Shown here: piece by piece, positions 37,399-48,104 of the stretch
Position numbering within the stretch: the stretch's first letter is position 1
Layout of the letters: every line of letters starts with the position of its first letter
DNA from: a virus
Lineage: Duplodnaviria; Caudoviricetes
DNA: 54,136 nt
Virus record (IMG/VR): IMGVR_UViG_3300006853_000020
Location: 1 to 54,136 of that record
Reading direction: 5' to 3' (one strand)
The notes under the pieces: model-generated
What the model was told of the DNA's origin: nothing
The model's database searches: none
What the model saw: only the letters and a program-made list of their open reading frames with translations
Position numbers and translations under genes: made by a program

Positions 37399-38184
37399 TT
37401 ACTTGGGCCGGGCTACTACATGGAAGATATCATTGCTCTCAAAAGTCGTTGGCCTCCCCTGGAGAGTGAGCAGTTCGTACCCATGTCGTTCGAATACTTC
37501 ACGAATCAAATAGGCACGTTCATTGCCGTGAATTTCCAAAAGAATCACAGGACGCGCCTCGCCTAACAATCGGGAGGAGCCCTGTGAGATTGCTTCCCAT
37601 TCAGCACCTTCGATATCAATTTTGACGACATGAGGCTTGCCATGGCGATCAATAAGGGCATCGGGCGTGGTAGATTTTACCTCACGATGGTTCTGTCCTT
37701 GTGGATTCTCGCCCGTGAACTTGCGTAACGTAATTAAGTGACCACCTGGATCACCTTCGTCGCGTGTTTGAAAGATGGCAGTTCCGATTTCGCCAGCTAT
37801 TGCTTCTTGCAGAATGACCCAGTTGTCTATTTTGTTGATTTCCTTCAGGTCCATCATGTGACTGCAATTGCCCGGGTCAGGATCGACTGAGACGCACTTG
37901 CCTTCCTGGCCAACCAACTTCCTGGCCATCAGGCTATAGAAGCCAGCATTGGCCCCAAGGTCAAAAAAGGTCATTCCCGGTTTTAGCTCAGCTGCAAGAG
38001 CAGTTTGAAAGGCGGGCTCAAAATCACCTGTCCAATAGCTGTTGATGTACCGTCGCCGTCGTCGCCAGAGCATTCCCTCGGCATGGCCTGCGTGGATAGG
38101 AACGATTGACCCCTCAAGGAATACGCTGATGCACCATCTGGCAATTTGTCGAACGATAGGGATAGATTTGAAATATCGAAGCAT
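37399..38184 (-). CDS. Second FkbM-family methyltransferase
   Basis: FFDLGANAGFYS, SVDPDP, VVKIDIEGAE, RPVILLEIH. Confidence 0.9.
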   Translation of the reverse strand: MLRYFKSIPIVRQIARWCISVFLEGSIVPIHAGHAEGMLWRRRRRYINSYWTGDFEPAFQTALAAELKPGMTFFDLGANAGFYSLMARKLVGQEGKCVSVDPDPGNCSHMMDLKEINKIDNWVILQEAIAGEIGTAIFQTRDEGDPGGHLITLRKFTGENPQGQNHREVKSTTPDALIDRHGKPHVVKIDIEGAEWEAISQGSSRLLGEARPVILLEIHGNERAYLIREVFERHGYELLTLQGRPTTFESNDIFHVVARPK

Positions 38185-38287
38185 AATGGAGAGACTGTAT
38201 CATAAGGCTGGGTATTTAGCGTGACTCGACTCGACATTTTGTCGAGTACAATCGTATGTTATTTGGTGGCATAAAGTTACAGCATCG

Positions 38288-40183
38288 TCATTTGTCGAGT
38301 GCTACACTCGGCACCCTCTGCATAAACTCCGTCAACGCAGGCTGCACCACATTAGTCAATGCCTGAATGCCATCACTACCATTGGTATCTACAACCAATC
38401 GGTTATAGCTGCAGTGATAGACCATGCAGTTTTCTCCCTCAACCCGCATGCCCACCCAGTCATTAAGTAAGAGCCGATGTTTCTCTTTGGTGACTGGAGC
38501 ACGGGAAACGAAATCCCATCCGGCAGTGTCGCCCAGTTTAATGCTCACCTTGGGACGTGGCTTGTAAGACGTATAGTCCAGCAGACAATGCCCACGTTTA
38601 TCCACGAACAGTTGATCGACTGACAGAGTTGCGATCCATCCAATTTGGAAGAGTTGCTTGCTGGCTGCGATATTCAAGCCACCAGTGAAGTAGGCTGCTC
38701 CCCCATCGAGGATGATTGGCCCAGTCGGAAAGCCGAGCATATGCGTTGTGTGGAAGCGATTGTTGACCGACTGATTGCCTTCAATCCGAATACTGCAAAA
38801 GCTGCAGCGTTCAAAGAGCCATTCGCTCTGAATGTGCCCGCCTGGCACCGATCCGCACTCCCAACCGATATGCAGCCCCTCTTTTGTAACCGTTGGGTGA
38901 GGGTCAAGGCTGAACTGGCAATCGATTCCTCTGAGCTTGAACCCCTGGCCACCTGAGTAATCGCTGCAGGTGAGGCACATTGAGGCACCAGGCCCACGAG
39001 AGCGGTCATCCTGGCAGAACATACTGTAGAGAGTCGTGCCCTGGACTTCTTCGTTCTGGGCAACGAACAAGGGCCAGTAGGTGGGGTGAGTGTTGGGCAT
39101 GCCTGGAGCGTTGGCTCTCTGCGTGAGTGTCCAGCCTCCAAAGCCGGGGGCCGAGTAGGTGCGCTTCTTGAGGCCTGGCTTGTAGGGTTCGATCATTGGC
39201 CCGTAGACGTGGGCACTGGCATCCACCGTAATCGAGTTATCGTTACTGAAGGCAGATTGCTGAATTGGTGACACCACCGATCGCGCGTCTACCACTGGCT
39301 CTGGCCCCAAGTGATCTTCCCAGAGAATCGGTTGATTGTCGTGGACGCCGAATAGGTACTTGTCTGGCAGGCTGCTGGCCTTCCACCAGGGGGCTGCGAG
39401 CTGACGTCTCCATTTGCCGTCGATCTTGAGGTAGAGATATCGGCCTATGGCGCCCATGGGGATTGGCTCAGCAATCGTCAGCCGGCGGTATCCGTAAGCA
39501 CTCGAGGCAAATCCACCGATCGGCGACGTTGGGCTCAGTGCAGTTTCCCCGCCGTGAGTAGCCCAGGCCCATGCGACTTGACCGGCTTTGAGTTGATGCG
39601 TCGCTGGCCAACATATCGGAGTCCCCAGTGGTGGAGCTCCGGCAAGTATCGTGCTGTTCTGCAGTGGAATCCCGGCGTTGCCACGGGTATGAAACACCAG
39701 TGGATAGGGCGAAGTTAGATTAGCGGACCAGGGATAGGGGTTGAGGGTGTCTTGCGGGTTGGCCACGTCCCCGAAGGCTCCGGAGTCAATTCCCCGGTGA
39801 CCCTGGCACATGAGTAGTACTTCGCCGGTGGATACACGAGTTGCCCGCCAGGCTACGGCCGCCCGGTCCTTGTGGTTAGGAATATTGGAGTTGCTGGCGA
39901 TCAATATCCAGCCCTGAGGCATATTGAGTACTAGCGGTTGGCTCCATGGTCCTATTCTGTTTTCCCTGTCTACCATCGCGTTCTGAATGAGCCAGTCACC
40001 GGCCGGGGCATAGACCCAAGTGCCATTCGGAAACCATCGCAGACTGATGAAACTGGTGTTCTCTTTGGCTGAGGTGGTGGGTGCTGAAACAGTAACAATC
40101 TTGTCCTGTAGGGCGGAGAGCTTGAGTTCGGCGTGAGCTGGTGAAGCAAGTAAGAACAGGCCGACAACAAATATCCGAATCAT
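38288..40183 (-). CDS. Large protein with Sec-type signal peptide (start MIRIF), possible beta-helix C-terminus
   Basis: MIRIFVVGLFLLASPAHA-E signal; FERCSF..I.I...QSVNN.F beta-helix-like pattern. Confidence 0.6.
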   Translation of the reverse strand: MIRIFVVGLFLLASPAHAELKLSALQDKIVTVSAPTTSAKENTSFISLRWFPNGTWVYAPAGDWLIQNAMVDRENRIGPWSQPLVLNMPQGWILIASNSNIPNHKDRAAVAWRATRVSTGEVLLMCQGHRGIDSGAFGDVANPQDTLNPYPWSANLTSPYPLVFHTRGNAGIPLQNSTILAGAPPLGTPICWPATHQLKAGQVAWAWATHGGETALSPTSPIGGFASSAYGYRRLTIAEPIPMGAIGRYLYLKIDGKWRRQLAAPWWKASSLPDKYLFGVHDNQPILWEDHLGPEPVVDARSVVSPIQQSAFSNDNSITVDASAHVYGPMIEPYKPGLKKRTYSAPGFGGWTLTQRANAPGMPNTHPTYWPLFVAQNEEVQGTTLYSMFCQDDRSRGPGASMCLTCSDYSGGQGFKLRGIDCQFSLDPHPTVTKEGLHIGWECGSVPGGHIQSEWLFERCSFCSIRIEGNQSVNNRFHTTHMLGFPTGPIILDGGAAYFTGGLNIAASKQLFQIGWIATLSVDQLFVDKRGHCLLDYTSYKPRPKVSIKLGDTAGWDFVSRAPVTKEKHRLLLNDWVGMRVEGENCMVYHCSYNRLVVDTNGSDGIQALTNVVQPALTEFMQRVPSVALDK

Positions 40184-40185
40184 AG

Positions 40186-42228
40186 TTACGCCCATGGGGT
40201 AAGTGCCTGCAGTTCTGCGAGTGCCTTCGTGCCTAGGAAGAAATACATGTCCTGAACCGTCACGTTGTAGGAGGCGGAGTTGTCGGCCCCGCAACGAAGA
40301 TAGGCAGTGCCCGTATCTGGAGCTAAGGGCCCACCTGTCCAACCCTCGCCACTGGCTTTAAGCACAAGATTGGCAGGATTTTCATCAGGCGATGCATACA
40401 ACTTTCCACCGATGGCATCAGTAACGAAAGCAGCCATATGCCAGGCGTTGTCTCGATAGTTTGTTCCTGCACTGGACAGACCAGCCATCCCGTTTGTTCC
40501 GCAGAATAGATTGCCCGCGCTAGTTACACCGAGATACCAGTTTGTGCCCGACCCTTGGTACTTGCTAACCAGCTGCATGTTCGCAACATGGCTAGTCTTG
40601 AACCAGATCACTGCGGTAAAGTATGGCTGATCGAACGCACGATTGACTACGGGATATCGTGCATAGTTATTGCCTGTTGTGCAAACTAAGGCTTGCCTGC
40701 TCCAGAGGCCGCTCGTGTAAGTCGGGGCCCCAACTGCTTCAAAATCCCTAGTGTAGAGGCCGCTGTCCAGCAGATTGCCATTGAAGCGAAGATGGAAGTG
40801 TTCTGTAGTGACATCCTCATTCATGAACCCGTCAAGAACTTGACGACAGGCACGGAGAATCACGGAATGCCCGGTGGCAGTCAGATGAATTGTGTCTGGG
40901 TCGTAGTATTGCCGGTCTGAAGCATCAGCGGACGTGTCGTTTTTCCTCATCTCGATGGGAGTCGGCACGTAAACGCCGTATTTTCTCGGATCAAGTGCTG
41001 CCATCGCGGCATTCACCGCAAGACGCTTGGTGTTCTGAACCGCCGTCAAGTCACCGCGGGGAGCGAAAGCGTTAAAGATCGTTCGATAACCATAGGACAT
41101 CAACCGATTTCGCCAGTCCGTGAACTCCGTGATGATGGTTGCCGCACTCGTGGCATCGTTGGGCAGATCATTGGTTGGTGGGTAGACCAACACGACTTGG
41201 CGTTTGGTCGGGTCATAGAACCTTGTGCCCACGGGTTGATTATTAATGGCTGAAATAACCGGCGCACGGGTTGTCATCTGAACTGCAGTGATCCCGCCCA
41301 AATCCTCGTGCACGCACATGAGGTCTGTCTTGCCCAGGATGTATTGGCGAGCAAAGCCAAGATTACCTTGAGCGTTCTGGCCACTGGCTATCGAGGCCCC
41401 CCAGATGAATAGTTGCTTCGAGACAGATGAAGCGGGTATGGCCTTTCGCCCAACGGCCCATGCTCGAAATGCTGCCAGCTTCGTTGAGTCAACGGCCTCA
41501 TTGCAAGGAACGGCACAGTTGATGCCCCCCATGAAGCCACTGGTTAAGCCGGCAAGTGAGCCGCTGAATAGCGAGAAACCAGTAGTAGTACCTGGTGCGA
41601 GTGGGCTAGCAATTTCATATGACAAGTCATCAAGTACGATGGTGATCCCGGTAGCCCGCAGGATCACGCCCACAAGAGTTAGACTTGATTTCAGACGCAA
41701 CCCTGTATCAACCGTCCCATTGACTCCGTCCCGCCAGACAAGCGTTGCTGGCACTGCTGAAGCAGGAGCGAGCGAGTAAAGATCGCCTACTCCGCCTGCA
41801 AGGCCCATGATGACCTTAGTCTCAGCAACACCATTAGTCATCAGCCTGTCATCTTCGATCAGGAAAAATAAACTGGCTGCCTGGTTGTCGATGCTGACAG
41901 TAGATTGCGGGAACGTCGGAAGATTAGTAGCCCCCTCAACGAAGTTGGAATACACAACCGGAGTGACATTTCTTCGGATTCGCAACTGGTTGGCAACAGT
42001 AGCCTGAACCAGGTGATGGCCGTTGCCGCTTAGATCCTGCCACGTTTTTAGTTTTTCGTACTCATTCGCAGCAACATCGCTGGCGTTAAGAGTTCCACGC
42101 GATGCTTCATAGAGGGCTGAATGGATGGATGGGTAGGGGGGCGAATCACCATAATAGTCTTCTAAGTAGATCGGGAGTGACCCCGTCACCCCCATCACAT
42201 TCCTGCCGCGGTTTGGCAATACTTTCAC
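40186..42228 (-). CDS. Virion-associated protein: beta-sandwich, SGNH hydrolase and LamG domains
   Basis: WQDLSGNGHHL.QAT N-terminus; WGASI, PTND, DTIH SGNH blocks; F.A.IWFKT...DNAWHM LamG. Confidence 0.7.
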   Translation of the reverse strand: MKVLPNRGRNVMGVTGSLPIYLEDYYGDSPPYPSIHSALYEASRGTLNASDVAANEYEKLKTWQDLSGNGHHLVQATVANQLRIRRNVTPVVYSNFVEGATNLPTFPQSTVSIDNQAASLFFLIEDDRLMTNGVAETKVIMGLAGGVGDLYSLAPASAVPATLVWRDGVNGTVDTGLRLKSSLTLVGVILRATGITIVLDDLSYEIASPLAPGTTTGFSLFSGSLAGLTSGFMGGINCAVPCNEAVDSTKLAAFRAWAVGRKAIPASSVSKQLFIWGASIASGQNAQGNLGFARQYILGKTDLMCVHEDLGGITAVQMTTRAPVISAINNQPVGTRFYDPTKRQVVLVYPPTNDLPNDATSAATIITEFTDWRNRLMSYGYRTIFNAFAPRGDLTAVQNTKRLAVNAAMAALDPRKYGVYVPTPIEMRKNDTSADASDRQYYDPDTIHLTATGHSVILRACRQVLDGFMNEDVTTEHFHLRFNGNLLDSGLYTRDFEAVGAPTYTSGLWSRQALVCTTGNNYARYPVVNRAFDQPYFTAVIWFKTSHVANMQLVSKYQGSGTNWYLGVTSAGNLFCGTNGMAGLSSAGTNYRDNAWHMAAFVTDAIGGKLYASPDENPANLVLKASGEGWTGGPLAPDTGTAYLRCGADNSASYNVTVQDMYFFLGTKALAELQALTPWA

Positions 42229-42230
42229 GA

Positions 42231-42464
42231 TTAGTACCCCGTCGAAAGATACATGCGGGGGTAGTAGCTACGGAGTAGTTTCTGGTAATATTCCATCAGT
42301 TTGATCAGATCGCTGCTCTTGAAGCCGCTACTCACCGTCACTCCGGTCGGAAGTGTGTAACTATCCAGAAGACTGCCTGAAGCGATCGCAGTCGCCAGGA
42401 GACCATCCAGAGCGACCAGCGAGGCTTCAAGCTGTTCCAGGGTGAACGGGGGATCGGGGGGCAT
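42231..42464 (-). CDS. Head-tail adaptor-like protein
   Basis: Short helix-hairpin-helix, SYT...G.TV; position after capsid. Confidence 0.45.
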   Translation of the reverse strand: MPPDPPFTLEQLEASLVALDGLLATAIASGSLLDSYTLPTGVTVSSGFKSSDLIKLMEYYQKLLRSYYPRMYLSTGY

Positions 42465-42832
42465 TATTGTTTCTTGTGGTGGTCAGCGTGCTTGGCTGGC
42501 TCATGGTGCTTTGGCTCTTCCTTTTCCTTGGGCTCCTTCTTTGGGCCCTCTAGGCTCTTGGCAACTGATTCAGTCACCACTGCAGGGTCAACGGACACTG
42601 GCTTGAGTTCTGGAGATGGATGTTCTTTGGCCCACTGCTCGGCCAGGGCGGCTGCCTGTTGGCTCGTCACGTCCACCACAGCCCCGTTATCGCTGATAAT
42701 GCGATAATTAAGGTTCAGTCCATCAAGGCCCCGGGCTTTCTGGAACGCCCTGATTGCCTCAATAGGAGTACCTTCGGTTTCGACCGGCTGATGTTCCTTG
42801 TAGTCCGTTGCCATTACGGTTAGCTTCGCCAT
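42464..42832 (-). CDS. Hypothetical protein after capsid (start MAKLTV)
   Basis: GAGGAG RBS; the longer ORF start overlaps a terminator. Confidence 0.55.
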   Translation of the reverse strand: MAKLTVMATDYKEHQPVETEGTPIEAIRAFQKARGLDGLNLNYRIISDNGAVVDVTSQQAAALAEQWAKEHPSPELKPVSVDPAVVTESVAKSLEGPKKEPKEKEEPKHHEPAKHADHHKKQ

Positions 42833-42857
42833 CTGTGTTGCTCCTCGAAAGTCTGTT

Positions 42858-42891
42858 AAGAAAACAGCCAGAGCCATCGGGCCTCTGGCTG
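42858..42891 (-). terminator. Rho-independent terminator after the major capsid gene
   Basis: CAGCCAGAG-gcccgatgg-CTCTGGCTG then TTTTCTT. Confidence 0.75.
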
Positions 42892-42912
42892 GTGATTGTT
42901 TCAATTGGCTGA

Positions 42913-44142
42913 TTAGGTGTTGGCGATCTTGAGAACGCGAGTCGGGTTGTCTGAGATGTAGGCTTCGTAGTAGCCCATTTTCAGAGTCAACTCCAAGTCT
43001 TTCCAGAAACTAGCTTCGCTGCCTGAGCCAAGCTCCTGATACCTTGGACCATAGACACGGTCGCAGAGGAAGGCTCTGGGGAAGTCACCCATGAACCAGG
43101 TGTAGACTGAAGCTGTGGCACCAGTGATTTCATCAACGTAGGGACTGGCAAGAACTTCGATTTCCATGCCAGGGTAAACGTAATCAAGTGGATTCTTACC
43201 GTCATAACGAATGGTTGCTGAAGCATAGACGGCGTTGAAGGTGTTGACTGTAATGGCGTTCTTGATCACCTGGGCCTTGGCGTAAATCACCATCGGAACG
43301 ATGATTTGCAGCTTCTTCGGCATGGCCAGGAATTCGCCACTGACCGGATCACGCATGTTGCGATAAGCCTGCAAGGCAGTATCGATGCTGGTCCAATCAT
43401 TCAGCGGAAGTGAGGTCAGGCTATTAAGCGGCGAAGGGCCAGAGGCAGCGGTGTTGTAAGTGTTGTAGGCTGTCGGCGCTCCGTCATTGAGACCGAACTT
43501 CCATTGGCCACTGGCACCCAAAGCAACCTTGAGTTGCAGGATGTTTCGGGTGATCAACCCACCGTCCATGGTGTTCTTGCAACTGCGAACAATTACAGCA
43601 GCCGTGTCAGCCAGCATCGATTCCATTGAAATCGGGCAGGCCTTTCCTCGCTTATTCTGCTTGGGATACTGGAGATAACCATTGCGAGGGCCGACTAGAG
43701 GGTATGGTTCCGTTTCAGCAACGATGCTTTCGTCCCAGCGGGTCGGACCACCAACCCAAGGAAGGTTCTGTGAGTTTTGGCGAGGGATAGACTCTTCCAC
43801 CCGGAACAGTCTGTCACCAATCAATTCAGCCGTCTCGGGAGAATCCTTGATAGCCCGCATGATCATACCGGCAGTGACGAGCTTAAAATCGCTCATGGTC
43901 ACTGCAGTGGCAGATTCCTGCAGAGCAATCTGCTGAGTGATGCCAGCGGGATTGGAGCAAAACTGCTGCGGAGTAAAGCCAAACATCCCTTGGAAGAGGC
44001 TGCCGCATTCCAAACCGCCATGTCCAAGCCGGTAATGCCCTTCTTCGACACCTTGCTTGAAGTGTTCGATGGCATTATGCTTAGTGTTTCCATCGGACGA
44101 TTCACGTAGTTCGCCCAGGAAACGGTTGAAGTTGAAATACAT
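42913..44142 (-). CDS. Major capsid protein (HK97 fold)
   Basis: 409 aa after protease and decoration genes; V.E.E.YP, K.G....IS.E...D, IIVP, WF.GDF. Confidence 0.82.
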   Translation of the reverse strand: MYFNFNRFLGELRESSDGNTKHNAIEHFKQGVEEGHYRLGHGGLECGSLFQGMFGFTPQQFCSNPAGITQQIALQESATAVTMSDFKLVTAGMIMRAIKDSPETAELIGDRLFRVEESIPRQNSQNLPWVGGPTRWDESIVAETEPYPLVGPRNGYLQYPKQNKRGKACPISMESMLADTAAVIVRSCKNTMDGGLITRNILQLKVALGASGQWKFGLNDGAPTAYNTYNTAASGPSPLNSLTSLPLNDWTSIDTALQAYRNMRDPVSGEFLAMPKKLQIIVPMVIYAKAQVIKNAITVNTFNAVYASATIRYDGKNPLDYVYPGMEIEVLASPYVDEITGATASVYTWFMGDFPRAFLCDRVYGPRYQELGSGSEASFWKDLELTLKMGYYEAYISDNPTRVLKIANT

Positions 44143-44186
44143 GGTCAGTCACTCCGCTATTGTCTCGTAAAAGTCAGTTGATTCGA

Positions 44187-44933
44187 TTACCAGGAGCCGT
44201 AAGCGATGCCGTGGGCATAGCCCTGGTGTGTCACAGGCTGGGCAACAGCAGAACACTGCTTGACGCCGAGATATCCGGTCATGGCAACAGCACCGGAATA
44301 TGTCAGGCTGTGCTTAATTGGCTCGCTCCAGGACGTTGATTCATCCAAAAGAGCCTCGCCGTCCACGAAATACTGGATATCTGCAACACCGTTGGTGCAT
44401 TTAATGTCAACGCGCAGCTCCTGTGCCAGTGAACCGCCCGCTACCTTGTTACTCGACTTAGTCTGCAGAGCTGTGCCTACGCTGCAGCCTGCCTGCCAGT
44501 AGATCGAATCGGCCTTGGTGTAAATGATTGCGCCAGAGAAAGACGCTTTGGGCACACCAGTGGAATCGACGATGTTGTTAGCCGCAGGAGCCGACATGAA
44601 GCCAGCGTGAACTGCCGCCTTGTTGGTGGCAGCCTGAGTAAACTTCACTCTCTGCTTCATCGAGAAGGTTGCGCCATCGGCAAAGATGAACCGGCTGACA
44701 GTGAGAAACAAATACGATTCGTTATTGAGTGTTGCATCAGCAGGGCTGATGAGCAGGTTGGCACCCTGATTGCCCGCTGTCGCAACTGGCAAGGTGAGCA
44801 CTGACGCATCGGATGTCAGGGTCCATTCGGTAGCTGTGAGATAATAGAGCCAATTCTCAATGAACTGTTCTTGCTGACGGAAACGGTCGAACCGCACGTC
44901 AGGATAAAAGAGTGCAGGTGTTTGCAAGGCCAT
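44187..44933 (-). CDS. Capsid-associated / decoration-like protein
   Basis: Beta-rich; between protease and MCP. Confidence 0.5.
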   Translation of the reverse strand: MALQTPALFYPDVRFDRFRQQEQFIENWLYYLTATEWTLTSDASVLTLPVATAGNQGANLLISPADATLNNESYLFLTVSRFIFADGATFSMKQRVKFTQAATNKAAVHAGFMSAPAANNIVDSTGVPKASFSGAIIYTKADSIYWQAGCSVGTALQTKSSNKVAGGSLAQELRVDIKCTNGVADIQYFVDGEALLDESTSWSEPIKHSLTYSGAVAMTGYLGVKQCSAVAQPVTHQGYAHGIAYGSW

Positions 44934-44966
44934 GTGTCAGACTCCGAAAATGCCGTAATTTGTGCG

Positions 44967-46136
44967 TTAGTTAACTGATGTCAGGAAGCGGGGGACGAAC
45001 TTGGGCTTGATGGGGTTGCCGTCTTTGTCCACCGACTCCTGCAGGGCCGTAGTCGTGGTGCGAATGCCGCTCTTCGTCTTCTGATCGTCGGGGATGATCT
45101 TGAGCCTGGCTTCGAGTTGAGCGATCTTGTCCTTGTCAGCCTTGAACGATTCCAGCAATGGCTCTGCCTGCTCCAGAGTTTGGCCACTGAAGGATTCGAC
45201 CAGCGCGGGAGTGATGGTGATCTTGTGCTTGGACAAGAGAGCGACGGCACCCTTGTCGCCCAACACCTTTGTCTCAAGACCTTCCTTGATCGCCGGAGTA
45301 ACCACCTTGGGTTCTTCCCCGGTCAACATCACATGCCGAGCACGTTTCGCGGTCTTCATCTGCTCATCGAAGGCCGCGTCATCGCCATCATAGCTCTCGG
45401 TGATCTTGGCGAAGACCTGTTTAAAGGCATGTTTGACCTGGTCTTCAGGAGTGGCATCGTCAGCCAGCGGGGTGATTTCGATTTCAGCCAGACTCCCCAT
45501 GCTTTCGAGGAGTGTCCCTACGCGCTTTTGCTCAGCGGGAAGGGTGGCCAGCGATTTGGCGAATTCGGTGAACGGTGTGTTTGCCACGGGTTCTGCTCCC
45601 TCAAGCAATCCGCCTGTCGCTCCCGGCTTGGAAACGAGGTCAACGGATTCGACAAGTCTGATTTTGTGAACGACTAAAACGCCAGAAGCATCGATCTGCC
45701 CGACGCTTCCACCTTCAGGAATGTTGTGCGATAGGCCGTATTGGCGTGGATTTTCCTGGCTGGCAACCTTGACCGATTGAGCCAGTTCGCCACGTTTGGT
45801 GAAGTGGAGATTGCCCCGCAGGCCATCACCAGGGACATACTTCACGCCCTTGATGTAACCAAGGACTTCATCCGGGTCGCGGGACTGAACGCCTGGCTTG
45901 GCGTGGTCTTTATAGACCGTCTTGCCTTCGTAGAGGCTGGCTGCTTCTTGTAAGCATTGTTCGGTGTAGCGTCGGCCCGAGGTCTTGTGTCTCACTCCGC
46001 CAACGTCGATGCTCTTGTTCTTGCTGGAGAAGCCGATGATCTTGACATTGGGCACACACCACGGATCATCTGCCGGGGCAGCAGTGCTCCCTTCAAAGGC
46101 TTCCAGGATGATGTGCGGGGCAAGTTCACCTTTCAT
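44967..46136 (-). CDS. Prohead protease fused to scaffold
   Basis: S.N..GRRY....L......YEG..VY.DH, GLSHN, VESVDLV..PGAT.GL.E; helical C-terminus. Confidence 0.85.
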   Translation of the reverse strand: MKGELAPHIILEAFEGSTAAPADDPWCVPNVKIIGFSSKNKSIDVGGVRHKTSGRRYTEQCLQEAASLYEGKTVYKDHAKPGVQSRDPDEVLGYIKGVKYVPGDGLRGNLHFTKRGELAQSVKVASQENPRQYGLSHNIPEGGSVGQIDASGVLVVHKIRLVESVDLVSKPGATGGLLEGAEPVANTPFTEFAKSLATLPAEQKRVGTLLESMGSLAEIEITPLADDATPEDQVKHAFKQVFAKITESYDGDDAAFDEQMKTAKRARHVMLTGEEPKVVTPAIKEGLETKVLGDKGAVALLSKHKITITPALVESFSGQTLEQAEPLLESFKADKDKIAQLEARLKIIPDDQKTKSGIRTTTTALQESVDKDGNPIKPKFVPRFLTSVN

Positions 46137-46142
46137 GTCCCC

Positions 46143-46160
46143 ACGGTAGCATCGGTATCA
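46143..46160 (-). promoter_or_regulatory. Late element TGATACCGATGC-TACCGT (protease-capsid operon)
   Basis: Motif copy; ATG at 46136 exactly 6 nt downstream. Confidence 0.82.
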
Positions 46161-46219
46161 GTGCGGGCGATTTTGGCAGTTGGAACTATTTTCTGGGAAC
46201 GTGCTAGAATGAAGTCTCC

Positions 46220-47069
46220 GTGAACATCCTCGCCGTCTGGATTCTCTCCATGCAGGCAACTTATAATGAACCTGTGGACTCACTTGGGCTACCTGTGCCG
46301 ATTTCGATCCCGTGCCGAATCACTGAGCAGAGAGATGAACCGATCCTGATCGGCGGTTGCGTTCCGTACTTTGGCCACTACACTCAGGCCTACGATTTCC
46401 TTCGCACTCAGGGCTACAGTCTGGATGCTGACGGAGAAACTGAACGTGGCATCGTGATTGACTGCTATGGCCTGCAGGCGGCGCGACAGCAGTTTGGGGA
46501 TCGGCTGGTTTCTTATTCGGATATTGTGTAAACTGGCCTCATGTTGCACATCGAAAAAGTATCGGACATCGAGCCAGCCTACAAGAAGGCTGTATTAACC
46601 AACTCATCGCTTCACCATATCCATTCTGTTGGCAAGCACTTTCAACTTAGCGAAACTGATACGCTGAAAATGATGGTGGCACACTTGGACGAAATGGTGA
46701 ATGTCTACCAGAAAGAGAGACTTGACGCTCTGCGGGAGGAGATCGGCTTGCACCCTACAGTGAACTGGCTACGATAGTGGCATGAATAAAATCATGTGGA
46801 TCATCAGGGCTTTTAAGTGCTATTTCCTTGGGCATAGACTTAGCGAGTTCGGCAAGCCACCCTGTGAGTTTTGTGGGTTTGGAACACCACTCCCGACGGG
46901 CAACTGTTACGAGTGCAGGATGGATATAACAACATGCCAATCTTTCGTGCAATATCCTAATGGAACATTTCTGTGCAGTTCCTGCTGGTTCAATCAGCGG
47001 ACGGTAAATAATAGGGATCAAGCCTTCAGCCACGGGGACACCCAGCAACGGCAGTTGAAGGCAAGCTGA
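46220..47069 (+). CDS. Three small opposite-strand ORFs (46220-46531, 46541-46777, 46782-47069), moron cluster
   Basis: Closely spaced; TGCTAGAAT extended -10 at 46202-46210; third ORF has three CxxC pairs. Confidence 0.55.
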
Positions 47070-47971
47070 GGCGTTCCCTCCGGCCTCTCCGCCGGGTCCT
47101 CAGGCTCATAAGGTGGTGAAGGTTTTTGTCTCAACCCCTTCTGCCCCTCCTTCGGATTGATGTAGTACACCACCTTATTCCGCTTCCCAAAGTGCCACGG
47201 TCTCGATGACAGGGTATTGACACAATGGCACTGATAGCCCACTAGCATCGATCCTAGCCCCTGGAAGGCGATCATGTTCGCTTCGTTGGATATCAGGGAG
47301 CCAGCATCCCTGGCAACCCGGCGCGCATCACTCTTTGCCCCATGCATCAGCGGCTCTAGTTGCTGTTTGGCGATCTGCACCCGGTTTAAGCCCTTAAGCT
47401 GAGCTTGGGTCATTATCGATACCAACCGGCTTGGTGTAATCAATCGAGTGATGGGAGCAATGCGGTTGAGTGCCTGCTGCTGGAAGAGCAGCGTTTGAAT
47501 AAAGGCCCGCTTGAGTGGTGGAAAGATCACCTGTTTCATCAGGCGCTTGATTTCCTTGGCGGCTAAGCCTGCAAAGTTGGTAATCAGCGGAAGGCCCCAG
47601 CGAGGCGGCCTGCGTGGATGAAGTGGCGGCGGGTTGACTGATTCGGTGAGGCGTGGTGACGCTGCATGTTCGAGCAACTTCACTTGCACTTCCACCGGCA
47701 AAGCATCAATAATCGCGTCAACCGCCTCGTCGTATGCACGGACGGCCAGATCTTCCAAGTCACTCAGATAGGTCTGAATGAGTAAACGGTAGTGTTTGTT
47801 GTGAAGGCCTAGCACTAGGTGGAACGGGGCTGGGGTTGTGCTCACCCCGACTAGGTCAAGGTACCAATCGTTGATGATGGCTGAGATACGGTCAAGGAGG
47901 TCATCCTGACGCTGGTGGTCGTTGTCCTTGGCCTTGGTGAGGTTAGCGGCTATTCGGTGGTTGAGTGTCAT
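47018..47971 (-). CDS. Minor head protein (Mu gpF-like)
   Basis: ARRVAR, RPWH, C-terminal FNCRC. Confidence 0.75.
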   Translation of the reverse strand: MTLNHRIAANLTKAKDNDHQRQDDLLDRISAIINDWYLDLVGVSTTPAPFHLVLGLHNKHYRLLIQTYLSDLEDLAVRAYDEAVDAIIDALPVEVQVKLLEHAASPRLTESVNPPPLHPRRPPRWGLPLITNFAGLAAKEIKRLMKQVIFPPLKRAFIQTLLFQQQALNRIAPITRLITPSRLVSIMTQAQLKGLNRVQIAKQQLEPLMHGAKSDARRVARDAGSLISNEANMIAFQGLGSMLVGYQCHCVNTLSSRPWHFGKRNKVVYYINPKEGQKGLRQKPSPPYEPEDPAERPEGTPQLAFNCRCWVSPWLKA

Positions 47972-48104
47972 GGCTCAAGTTGCTGAATGCGATAAATAGC
48001 AAGAACCAGCAAAGAGAACTCGCACGCCAAGCCAATAACGAATAGGATAGCCACCAAAATCAAGACTATTCGAGGGCATACAGGCTTTGAATATCGATGG
48101 TCAA

